A stretch of DNA of 24,829 bases from Chlamydiia bacterium (GCA_049314435.1 JBMOFD010000024.1:1-24829); one strand, 5' to 3'. Counted from the first letter of the stretch, positions 16,669-24,829 are shown. Translations and numbers: made by a program. Notes: generated from the letters alone by a model not told the origin.

Positions 16669-18669
16669 TTAGAAGTCGTGGATGTAGACGATCGGCTCGG
16701 GAGCCGCCCTATCCGTCCCCTTTCGAAGCACCCCTGGTAGATCTGCTACGGACACATCGTAGTAGTGATACGCTTGAGCCTCTTGACCCGGTGGTGGTGT
16801 TAGAATCGGGCAGCTGCTAAGGACTGTGCCGCCGTGTTGTTGCAAGGTCGGACCTGCTACCGAACCGCGCGCCTTCACCTGGATATGGTCATGACCACAG
16901 ACCTCGAGGATCTCCACTCCTCTCATAGAAGCCAGCTTGGGAAGAATCTTCGTGAAGTTGTCGTATCGAGGGATCTGAATGACATCGTAATGCTTTTGGG
17001 TCCTTCCTCCTCCAAAGCGCCAGTGGCGTACAGCTTTTGGCTCGATGCCCAGCTCTCGGAAATACCTAGGCCGACGAGATCCTCGCCTCACCAGAACCTG
17101 CACTGTCTCAGGCTCCTTGGCATCTCCACTATACTGCCCCTGAATCGGGAGGGAGAGAGCCCCACGGAGACCCATCTCCAGGGTAATCGCCAGTGTGGCC
17201 ACAAAGTCTTTCAAGATAAACGGTGTCATCGGGCTCTTGAAAAGCTCGGCCCATAGAGTGCCGATTCGATTCCACACTGGATAATGATAGAAGGGCGTGT
17301 GGTGAATGAACTGTGCGTAGTCCTGGTTCATATCGGCGATCATCCCATCCATGTGGGAACGTCGGTGACTGAATCCACTCAGAGTACGTACGATCAAAGC
17401 AATCGTGGCCAAATAGAGGCACTGCATCGTGGTCATGATGCTGATGAAGAGATTCATCGTTGTGTGTTCTGACGTCAGCGTCGCCATGAATCCATGACGA
17501 GCCTGAGCACTCTTCCACGCCTTGCCAAACTCAGACCACTGCTGGACCATGTGTCGCAAGAAGGGAAACTGTGTCCAGCTCTCGCGAACACTGAACTCAG
17601 CTAACTCTCCCGCCATATCCACGTTGTGCCATTCAGGGCGTGTGAGGTAGGTCTGTTCAGGTGAGCGCTTGTACTGACGCTCCATCCTAAGGACAGTCTT
17701 TAGCTGATCGAGGTTTTCAGGCTTTCTGCGGAAGAGGATCATGCGGTTAGCTGTAGGATCGCCCGCTACCATCATGGGGGTGTCATCCAGCTTGCCGACG
17801 AGTTCAAACCCGCAAGCGTCCAGATCGTTCACCCAGTCCGGAAGGGACCGGAAGTTCCTGACCTCATGACTCTCATCATCGACCGTCTCGCTGCTGTAAG
17901 GCACGCTGTTGGCTAGATTGAACACTGTGTGAGCCAGGCGTGCGGTACGTACCGCTTCGCTATCTGGACAGTGGTGATCTCTAACAAAGAAGAGCCCACC
18001 AGGACGTAGGACATCATGGATCGATTGCAGACGCTCACGAAGACGTGTTGGATCGAAGTGGTGGAGGCCTCCCAGGCAACTCACCATGTCCACGCTCTCC
18101 CTCTGGAACTTGCCTTCTCCGATGAGAGATTCTCCGTCATCCACCTTCACATGCTGACTGAATGGGAAAGTACCTGGGAATCCAACTTGGATACGCGCAG
18201 CGGCACCTGGGGCAGTCTCTTGAGCAATCGATATGGTCCCTTTGATTGGAATAGCCTTTTGCAGGTCACGAACGAAACGCCCCCCATAGCCGCCCATCTC
18301 AATGTAGCCATCAATAGGAGCCTCTCTTCCCGAAGCGCGCACCAGCTGTTTGGCTTGATCAGCCATCTGACCTTTGAGATCGCCGAGAGAGCGAAGAGCC
18401 CGGGTAGCCACGAAGAGGCTCTTGAAGACCGACTTGGGCTTCAAGTCCGCCTGTACGGCATTGTAGAATTGTTCATCCGTCACGAGAGCTGGATTGTCCA
18501 GATGTCGTTGGATCACCTCATGGAAGGGTGCTGGATCCACGGTCAGTAGGACGTTGGTCAAGAATCCATTGAACTCTTGGCGTCGCCCGTCGTCGCCAAA
18601 AATCGCTCGAAAGTCTTGAATCAGACTGGGGTTTTGGACCGGACTAGAACTTCTAATTGGTACGCTCAT
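16669..18669 (-). CDS. Class I SAM-dependent methyltransferase domain fused to an uncharacterised 'TYLT-x-PEW' helical domain (666 aa)
   Basis: Motif-I-like YIEMGGYGGRF, DMVSCLGGLHHF, VLRPGGLFFVRDH; C-terminal half contains EQTYLTRPEW..., FPF/YP aromatic repeats, IPRY and terminal YIHDF. Confidence 0.75.
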   Translation of the reverse strand: MSVPIRSSSPVQNPSLIQDFRAIFGDDGRRQEFNGFLTNVLLTVDPAPFHEVIQRHLDNPALVTDEQFYNAVQADLKPKSVFKSLFVATRALRSLGDLKGQMADQAKQLVRASGREAPIDGYIEMGGYGGRFVRDLQKAIPIKGTISIAQETAPGAAARIQVGFPGTFPFSQHVKVDDGESLIGEGKFQRESVDMVSCLGGLHHFDPTRLRERLQSIHDVLRPGGLFFVRDHHCPDSEAVRTARLAHTVFNLANSVPYSSETVDDESHEVRNFRSLPDWVNDLDACGFELVGKLDDTPMMVAGDPTANRMILFRRKPENLDQLKTVLRMERQYKRSPEQTYLTRPEWHNVDMAGELAEFSVRESWTQFPFLRHMVQQWSEFGKAWKSAQARHGFMATLTSEHTTMNLFISIMTTMQCLYLATIALIVRTLSGFSHRRSHMDGMIADMNQDYAQFIHHTPFYHYPVWNRIGTLWAELFKSPMTPFILKDFVATLAITLEMGLRGALSLPIQGQYSGDAKEPETVQVLVRRGSRRPRYFRELGIEPKAVRHWRFGGGRTQKHYDVIQIPRYDNFTKILPKLASMRGVEILEVCGHDHIQVKARGSVAGPTLQQHGGTVLSSCPILTPPPGQEAQAYHYYDVSVADLPGVLRKGTDRAAPEPIVYIHDF

Positions 18670-18671
18670 GT

Positions 18672-20501
18672 TTATTGCCTCTCTAAGCTTGTATGCCGCC
18701 GCCGGGCCCGCTGACCATGATGGTCATCACGCTTTGCCTCGGCATGCCTAGGTAAATATTTCTCTGAAAACTGACTCACCAATCGTCCTTTAGGGTCGAC
18801 CTCGCGCCGAACTCGCTGCACCTGCTCAGCCCCTTCGCCGTAGGCGCGCGTGAACTGATCTTGGGTGGCAAGCTGCGCATAGGGGAGGTAGAAGGTGCCG
18901 CCCATTGCAATGAGCTTGTGGTTCACTTGGCGCACCCAGCGCTGTGTCTTGGCAATGGCTTCTGGACTGCGCAGCTGGTTGAAGAAGAGAACGATGGCAA
19001 AGCGCTCTGTCGGGGCATAGTCCATGAAGGGGCTCGCTTTCGAGCCAGGATGTTGTACGTAGCGAATGCTCGCGTTGAGTAGCCGGACGTCATTCTTATG
19101 GAGAACTCTTCCCAGGAATTTCACAAACCTCTCCAGCTTATCGGGCGCTATAAAGTACTCCTGCAGCCACTCGGTATCGTTCCTTGCCTCATTCAGGATC
19201 GATCGAATCGGTGGGCGCATCTCCTCGTTCCGCGTGATTCTTACTTCTTTCGAAAGGTCCTTCTTCTCCAGATCTGATGCCATATCACGGGCTGCTGTAC
19301 TAGAGCGGCCAATTTCGAGCATCACTCGTTCCTTAAGAAGGCCGCGATCTGATTCCGGATTCAGTTGGCTGACCACACCGTGATGGCAGTTGGGGTCCTT
19401 GCGGTACTCTAGTGAGGTGACATGGTTCCACTTGCTCGGGATAAGAGAGAGCCGTCCGAGCTGCATCCGACAATCTGAATCTTGCCCCTGAAGGGTCCGG
19501 AAGTGTTCCACATACTCGGAAAGCTTCGTGTCGACGCCCTTGCGCAGAAGAGTCTCGTTTCTAGCCAGTTTGAGCTCGGCCCGTAGGATGGCTCCACACG
19601 TGCCAAATCCACCCACAACCGCTTTAAAGAGATCCTCACCTGGCCGGGTCCTGTGGACCTTACCATCGACTGTCATCACATCGATCCAGTTGACCGTGTC
19701 GGCTAGGGCACCCGCCGTGTGGTCCCAGCCATGACAGTTCACACTGAGGCTGCCGCCAAGTGAGAAGATCGGAGAGGCCTGCGCTACACGCACGGCACGA
19801 CCCTTGCTGTTCACCTTCTCGTGCACCTGCTCCCAGGTCGCTCCAGCACCCACCACGGCTGTGCGCCGTGATTCGTGGACCTTCACCTGATTGAATTCTC
19901 TCATGTCGATCATGACCTTCAAGGCCCACTCATCCCCACCGGGGAGAATGTGACCGCCCTGGCTCATACGAGCGCCTGCAATCGAGAATTTGGCGTGTTT
20001 GTAGGCGGGATTGGCGAAGATGGCTTGCAGCTCTCGCTCGGTCCGAGGCGTCTCCACCTTCACACCCTTAGCACGATGCTGCTGTCCATAGACCACCACT
20101 TCATCAGCAGAGGGCGTATGGCGAATGAAACGTCGGACCGTCATGTGTGGGTCGAATAGCCCAACGGGCAAACTGAGGCCAGCCAGAAGAAGAAGCCCTG
20201 CGCAACCCATGATCCGTCCAGCGAAGGCGGCTCGGTCCCCATCCATGGTGAACAGCGCCCATAGCGCTATCCCACCAGCTGTGAGGGTGCGAAGCATGCT
20301 ATCGAGAACAGCTAAGACACTAAAGGCGACCAGATAGAGGCGTCCCTCAAGATGGCGTCCCACCTTCAGCACCAGATAGTCCTGCTGGTTTGCCTGATAG
20401 ATACACTCGTCGGTGAGGTTCGCCGCCGGTCCGGAAATGTTGATGTTCCTAATGTCCACGCTCGTCCCTCCCCCCAGACCTCGGGCGCCGCTGCGGGCCA
20501 T
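18672..20501 (-). CDS. FAD-binding (PCMH/VAO-type, aldonolactone-oxidase-like) oxidoreductase with N-terminal membrane extension
   Basis: SIAGARMSQGGH, VGAGATW, FSLGGSLSVNCHG, LFKAVVGGFGTCGAI, LQEYFI, GGTFYLPY, VDPKG. A better start may be GTG 20459 (GGAGG 7 nt upstream). Confidence 0.85.
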   Translation of the reverse strand: MARSGARGLGGGTSVDIRNINISGPAANLTDECIYQANQQDYLVLKVGRHLEGRLYLVAFSVLAVLDSMLRTLTAGGIALWALFTMDGDRAAFAGRIMGCAGLLLLAGLSLPVGLFDPHMTVRRFIRHTPSADEVVVYGQQHRAKGVKVETPRTERELQAIFANPAYKHAKFSIAGARMSQGGHILPGGDEWALKVMIDMREFNQVKVHESRRTAVVGAGATWEQVHEKVNSKGRAVRVAQASPIFSLGGSLSVNCHGWDHTAGALADTVNWIDVMTVDGKVHRTRPGEDLFKAVVGGFGTCGAILRAELKLARNETLLRKGVDTKLSEYVEHFRTLQGQDSDCRMQLGRLSLIPSKWNHVTSLEYRKDPNCHHGVVSQLNPESDRGLLKERVMLEIGRSSTAARDMASDLEKKDLSKEVRITRNEEMRPPIRSILNEARNDTEWLQEYFIAPDKLERFVKFLGRVLHKNDVRLLNASIRYVQHPGSKASPFMDYAPTERFAIVLFFNQLRSPEAIAKTQRWVRQVNHKLIAMGGTFYLPYAQLATQDQFTRAYGEGAEQVQRVRREVDPKGRLVSQFSEKYLPRHAEAKRDDHHGQRARRRHTSLERQ

Positions 20502-20534
20502 GCCCTATTCACGCGGTTGTTCCCTGTTGCCCCA

Positions 20535-20567
20535 CAATTTTAAACGATTATTATTAAGTTTGATCAA
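20535..20567 (-). promoter_or_regulatory. AT-rich putative promoter of the oxidase operon
   Basis: Minus strand reads TTGATC-19 nt-TAAAAT in an AT-rich island; the spacer is longer than consensus. Confidence 0.3.
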
Positions 20568-20681
20568 AGATGAGGTTGGCAGCGCGTAAAGTGATGAGGA
20601 CGACATCGTAAGCATCCTCCGCCTAGATCGAGGTGACCCCATCATCTTTTTGGCGTAGCATAGACGAAAATCTGGCGGGAT

Positions 20682-22226
20682 CTAGGTCCTAGCGACGAGC
20701 GGCTTTTCCATGTCCCCTCGCCGATCAACTAGCCTACCCAGTTTGGCGGTGGCCATGATCCAAGTGACTGTCATCGACAGGGCGATGCAGCTGGTGACGG
20801 GGATGCTCTGAGCGATCGACCCAAAGAGCTGGATGACGGACACGCTGAAGATGGCAGCCCCGCCCCGTCCTACGCGAGCACAGATACCGTCGATCACCAG
20901 CTTGCTGCGGATCTGCTGTTCTGGGGGCATCAGAACGAAGACTAGCTCCTTGGATGGATCAAAGAGCGTGTATTTGATGGCTCGGCAGAGGCTGTATTGG
21001 AGCGAGCCAACTAAGACGATGATCTCAATCCAATGCATCTTAGCGATCCCCAACCATGCTGGAGAGCCTAGGCCAAGGAGGGCCACATAGAACACGGCCT
21101 GTGAAACGAGCAGACCTATGGGAGTGGCAAGGGCGGCCACGGCCCAGCGACAGGTCCTCAGGACCCATGGAGCTACGAACAAAGCGCACAAGGCCGTGAG
21201 AAGACCCGTTAGGAGGGAGAGGTTCCCCATCCAGGCGCAATAGTCCACGGGAGCTGGGAACCTCTCCTTGAGCACCTCTAAGAAGATCACCTCGCCTACG
21301 CTGTAGGCCACGTACTCGACCACCACAATCCACGCCAGCAGGAAGGTGCTACGGGACCCCAAACAGGTCCTCACGCTCTCCCACAAGGTGAACTGAGTGG
21401 GTGACCTCTTCGGCTTCATCTCTCCCGGCGCCGTTGGGTGATCGCCTTGGGCTGACAGTCGGCCTTCCAACCGAGCGTAGGCCAACACGCTCAACAACCC
21501 CAATAGAGTCACCCATAAGGTCATGATCACCAGAGCACCATTCCACTGAGCCGCCCGATCCAGTGGTGCCATCCAAGACGCGATGAGAGCTGAACACTGG
21601 ATGCAAGGGCTTGCCAGCATCGCACCTACGCTGCCAGCAAGCATCAATGGAACATAGAGCACCTTCGCCTGGGACGCACCAAAATGCCGATTCATCAGCC
21701 CCCAAAAGAGCAGGGTGATCAGCCCCACTTTCCAGAGTTCAGACATCACATAGAACAGCAGGCAGAAGCCAGGCGCGACCAAGGAGGCAAACCAGTCGTG
21801 AGCGGGTAACCAGCTCCATCCTCGTACCGCTTGCGCATAGGTGGCCAGGTTGGGGTAGAGCACAAAGGTGGAGAGGAGAAAGAAGAGTATGAAGGTGGCC
21901 AGGGCCATACCGAAGACTCTCTGGATCGAGGTCCGATGGAGGAGCCTCCCAAGCCCGTAGGTCATCAAGACCGCAGCTGGCAAAGTGCCGAAGAGCTCAA
22001 AACAGGGGATGTAGCTGGCACTGCCGATGATGTCGGCCACAACCAGAGCGCTCCTCATGCTGCGAAGGATCGCAAAGTCCACATTGAGGAAGATCAGGAT
22101 CGAGAACATCAGACCATAGATGGCAAGCTGCGGACGTCCAAAGACGCCACCCAGATCTCTCCATCCGGTCCATCGAAGGAACCGCGCTACCATGATTTGT
22201 ACCTGCTGCTGATCGAATTCTCTCAC
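20682..22226 (-). CDS. TLC/NTT family nucleotide transporter (ATP/ADP translocase-like, divergent)
   Basis: About 12 TM helices; AILRSMRSALVV, FYVMSELW..LLFWGLMN, AKVLY, KYTLFDPSKEL, KLVIDGICARVGRGG match NTT signatures. Confidence 0.88.
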   Translation of the reverse strand: MREFDQQQVQIMVARFLRWTGWRDLGGVFGRPQLAIYGLMFSILIFLNVDFAILRSMRSALVVADIIGSASYIPCFELFGTLPAAVLMTYGLGRLLHRTSIQRVFGMALATFILFFLLSTFVLYPNLATYAQAVRGWSWLPAHDWFASLVAPGFCLLFYVMSELWKVGLITLLFWGLMNRHFGASQAKVLYVPLMLAGSVGAMLASPCIQCSALIASWMAPLDRAAQWNGALVIMTLWVTLLGLLSVLAYARLEGRLSAQGDHPTAPGEMKPKRSPTQFTLWESVRTCLGSRSTFLLAWIVVVEYVAYSVGEVIFLEVLKERFPAPVDYCAWMGNLSLLTGLLTALCALFVAPWVLRTCRWAVAALATPIGLLVSQAVFYVALLGLGSPAWLGIAKMHWIEIIVLVGSLQYSLCRAIKYTLFDPSKELVFVLMPPEQQIRSKLVIDGICARVGRGGAAIFSVSVIQLFGSIAQSIPVTSCIALSMTVTWIMATAKLGRLVDRRGDMEKPLVART

Positions 22227-22330
22227 TACACAACGACGGCGTTGCTCGTAGAAAGGGAAAGATCTTACCAGAGGAGACTAGCGAATACTATGGCGTCCAC
22301 GAAATGGAGAGAGGCCTTATACTTCACCGG

Positions 22331-23767
22331 ATGAGCCAGACTGTCTCCCCCTCCCCCGCGATCGATCTCCCGGTTCTCTCCGTGAGTGAACTGACCCAGT
22401 CCATCCGCCAAGAGCTGGAGGGCCGCTTCCCTGTCGTCTACGTTCAGGGTGAGATCACCAACTTCAAGCAGCACACCTCCGGACACCTCTACTTCTCTCT
22501 GAAAGATGAGGAGGCCCAGATCTCAGCGGTGATGTTCGCTGGCAACGCACGTACTCTCGTCCGCCGCCCCGAGAACGGAGACAAGGTGATTGCCCGAGCT
22601 CAGCTCTCGGTCTATCCAGCCCGCGGCAACTACCAGCTGTACGTCAAAGAGATCCACTATGTGGGACTCGGCCAACTTCTGGCTCAGTTGCAAGCCCTCA
22701 AAGAACAGCTGCGCGCGATGGGCTGGTTCGATGCGGCTCGCAAACGCCCCCTCCCATTCCTCCCCCGCCGCATCGGTGTGATCACCAGCCCCACGGGCGC
22801 GGTCATCCAGGATATCCTCCACGTACTGAGTCGTCGCTTTAAGGGATTTTCCCTCGTACTCTATCCGGTTCGCGTGCAAGGCGAGGGCGCGGCCCTTGAG
22901 ATCGCTCAAGCGATCGACCAGATGAACCAATATGGCATGGCCGATGTCCTCATTGTCGGCCGTGGTGGTGGAAGCCTCGAGGATCTATGGGCCTTCAATG
23001 AGCTCCCCGTCATCGAGGCGATCCATCGGAGCGCCATCCCGGTCATTTCCGCTGTTGGGCATGAGACCGATGTGACTCTAGCCGACTTTGTAGCCGACGT
23101 TCGAGCACCCACCCCCTCAGCGGCAGCCGAGCTGGTGATGGCTTCTCAAGAGGAGCTCCTTCAGCGTCTACAAACGCAACAGCAGCAGCTACGTCATGGG
23201 CTACGCAACCTCCTGACTCGAGCCCGTCAACGGCTGTCCTCGCTCGAGCGACATCCAGCACTCACGGCACCCAGCAGACGGCTGATCCATTTAGCTGAAG
23301 AGCTAGACACCCTAGCCGAGGCGATCGAACAAGATCTCCGTCAACACGTCGTCCGCTGGCAGCTGCGGCTCCATGGACGTCAGCAACAGCTCCTCGCACT
23401 CAACCCATCGAGACGACTTCTAGATGCACGCCGACGGCTTCAACAGCTCGACGGCCTACTTGAAGACGCCATACAGCGTCGTCTAGACGCCCCTCAACAG
23501 CATCTAAAAGCCTGCATTGAGACCCTAGCAGCGAACTGGAGTCAACGGCTACACGCCCATCGGCTCGCTCTACAAACCCTTTCCCAGCGCCTTAGCGACA
23601 TCGACCCTCGGCATCTGCTCCGCAAAGGATACAGCCTCGTCTTCAATGCGAAGACAGGCAGTGTGATCCTCTCCGTCGAGCAGCTCGCCATCGGTGATCG
23701 CATCGCGCTGCAGCTGGCCAACGGCCAAGCCCAAGCGATCATTGAAACCATCACCCAGGAATCCTAA
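22331..23767 (+). CDS. xseA: Exodeoxyribonuclease VII large subunit
   Basis: SVSELT, VQGEITNF, SGHLYFSLKD, IGVITSPTGAVIQDI, GRGGGSLEDLWAFNE, SAVGHETD, RAPTPSAAAE, LRKGYS. ATG 22331 preferred over 22304. Confidence 0.97.
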   Translation: MSQTVSPSPAIDLPVLSVSELTQSIRQELEGRFPVVYVQGEITNFKQHTSGHLYFSLKDEEAQISAVMFAGNARTLVRRPENGDKVIARAQLSVYPARGNYQLYVKEIHYVGLGQLLAQLQALKEQLRAMGWFDAARKRPLPFLPRRIGVITSPTGAVIQDILHVLSRRFKGFSLVLYPVRVQGEGAALEIAQAIDQMNQYGMADVLIVGRGGGSLEDLWAFNELPVIEAIHRSAIPVISAVGHETDVTLADFVADVRAPTPSAAAELVMASQEELLQRLQTQQQQLRHGLRNLLTRARQRLSSLERHPALTAPSRRLIHLAEELDTLAEAIEQDLRQHVVRWQLRLHGRQQQLLALNPSRRLLDARRRLQQLDGLLEDAIQRRLDAPQQHLKACIETLAANWSQRLHAHRLALQTLSQRLSDIDPRHLLRKGYSLVFNAKTGSVILSVEQLAIGDRIALQLANGQAQAIIETITQES

Positions 23768-23769
23768 CT

Positions 23770-24057
23770 ATGGATGCCACTCCCCCACCTACGGAAGGAT
23801 CCAACCCTTCCTTCGAGCAAGCGTTCGCTCGGCTTGAGCAGATCCTCGAGCTTTTGAATGCGGAATCTGTTCCCCTTGAGCAGGCATTGAAGCTCTATGA
23901 AGAAGCTAACCAGCTCCTTGTCGCCTCCAATCGGCGCCTCGTCGAAGCTGAACAGAGGATCGAAGTCTTGACCAAGACACGCCAAGGCGACCTCGCCCTC
24001 GATGCTCAAGGCATGCCCGTCTGCGAGCCGTTCCAACCCTGCGGCGCCTCGAGCTAG
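23770..24057 (+). CDS. xseB: Exodeoxyribonuclease VII small subunit
   Basis: SFEQAFARLEQI...LEQALKLYEEA..L...L..AEQRI; 2 nt after the xseA stop. Confidence 0.95.
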   Translation: MDATPPPTEGSNPSFEQAFARLEQILELLNAESVPLEQALKLYEEANQLLVASNRRLVEAEQRIEVLTKTRQGDLALDAQGMPVCEPFQPCGASS

Positions 24058-24200
24058 CCACTCGATCCTCAGCCACGTTCCTTGAAGGCTCTCATCCGCC
24101 AGTTCCTGCACTGGATGGGAGCACTTTCCCAGTTAGCTCTCTCACATCCATAGTCTTTTGTTCAGGCCTTCGCCACGGCAGGAGCAGGCGCGCTTGATCG

Positions 24201-24370
24201 CTATTTTTTGACAGATTATCGTGACACTCCCACTCGCTAAAGCGAGAGGGCTTCTAACGGACTCCCGACACCCTGGCCAGTCCCGAGAGGGACGCGAGCG
24301 GAAGCTCGCTGGTTGTGGGTGTCAGACTCCGCTAAACAACTTTGGCCCGTGTCCAGGCTACTACTACTTT
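24201..24370 (-). ncRNA. Predicted omegaRNA/reRNA (scaffold overlapping the tnpB 3' end, plus about 20-nt guide from the flank)
   Basis: Nested stems in the low-complexity tnpB tail (24265-24273/24317-24325; 24280-24293; 24294-24309; 24345-24358; 24229-24250); guide is the flank GATAATCTGTCAAAAAATAG. The 5' boundary is approximate. Confidence 0.7.
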
Positions 24371-24829
24371 CTGTCCGCCGGAGCGGCCCAGGCCGTAGAT
24401 ACGTGATTCGGGTTGGCTTCGACACGCGTCGACCAAACCCAATGGGAAACATATTCATTCCACCAACGACATCGCGGTGTTCCTTGAATGGACAGCGTGG
24501 GCACGCCCACACCCGTCCTTTTACTTTCTTCTTGAAGCCACATTCGGGGCAGCAGCTGGAGGTTCCCCTCTCCGTGCCACTGGTGAACGAAATGCCCGCT
24601 TTTTCTGCTTTGTGTTCTAGATAGGCCAGGTCCTTCCCAGCCTCCCAGAGACTCATTCTCTGATTATGATACCGGCCACGGTTGTTGTAGCGCGCTCCAG
24701 TAGGGTCTCCTACATAGATATCGGTTACCTTTGCATCAACGCAGCGCTGGACGATTTGCGACGTCCCCTTATGACGGAGGTCGCGTATCCGCCTTTTGGC
24801 ACGGCCTTTGATTTTATCCTTCGCGGCTT
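24221..24829 (-). mobile_element. IS200/IS605-family element, right part
   Basis: tnpB followed by subterminal hairpin GAAGCCCTCTCGCTTTAGCGAGTGGGAG and terminal tetranucleotide TCAC ending at 24221; left end and any tnpA lie outside the window. Confidence 0.88.
24237..24829 (-). CDS. tnpB: TnpB RNA-guided endonuclease, 5'-truncated by the window edge
   Basis: Frame is open to the window end: ...RRIRDLRHKGTSQIV...IYVGDP...NQRMSLW...YLEHKAEKAGI...ERGTSSCCPECG...WACPRC..EHRDVVGGMNM; zinc ribbon plus RuvC-III Asp. Confidence 0.93.
   Translation of the reverse strand, partial: AAKDKIKGRAKRRIRDLRHKGTSQIVQRCVDAKVTDIYVGDPTGARYNNRGRYHNQRMSLWEAGKDLAYLEHKAEKAGISFTSGTERGTSSCCPECGFKKKVKGRVWACPRCPFKEHRDVVGGMNMFPIGFGRRVSKPTRITYLRPGPLRRTESSSSLDTGQSCLAESDTHNQRASARVPLGTGQGVGSPLEALSL

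Noticed and set aside
16834..18549. Long antisense ORFs (140 and 177 aa) within the methyltransferase gene, and similar ones in cfa, NTT and xseA
   Set aside because: Antisense shadows from codon bias in GC-rich genes; no motifs.
23150..23620. Quasi-repetitive Leu/Gln/Arg-rich stretch
   Set aside because: Normal XseA C-terminal coiled-coil region, not a DNA repeat array.
24058..24153. Open frame continuing after the xseB TAG (possible readthrough)
   Set aside because: XseB is already full length; the 31-codon extension has no supporting signal.
1..24829. CRISPR array, tRNA or rRNA genes
   Set aside because: No regularly spaced direct repeats or tRNA/rRNA signatures seen in any intergenic gap; the RuvC protein has an IS right end rather than an array.

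Overview
Gene-dense bacterial chromosomal window, by eye GC-rich (above 50%), most consistent with an environmental Chlamydiota genome. The inference rests on a TLC/NTT nucleotide transporter, RNase HIII next to a short RodZ-like HTH-TM gene, Inc-like hydrophobic-hairpin proteins and an OmcA-like Cys motif. Contents in order: small hydrophobic ORF; coupled PLP cysteine-synthase/CBS-like gene plus atypical DapF-like epimerase; acpS; TPR protein; two tandem paralogous Inc-like genes; rnhC-rodZ-DUF368; outer-membrane beta-barrel with a 14-Cys loop; AsmA-like protein; cfa; secreted beta-propeller; FAD oxidase plus methyltransferase/'PEW'-domain pair; divergent NTT; xseAB; and the 3' part of an IS200/IS605-family tnpB with right end and omegaRNA. 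Best leads: (1) the CBS-like/DapF-like pair as a candidate meso-lanthionine or non-canonical D-amino-acid pathway; (2) an OmcA-like module inside a beta-barrel loop; (3) the oxidase/methyltransferase/PEW system with effector-like N-termini; (4) a TnpB with a Fanzor-type rearranged RuvC whose right end abuts a perfect TTGACA. All family assignments come from motif recognition by eye; no searches were run.
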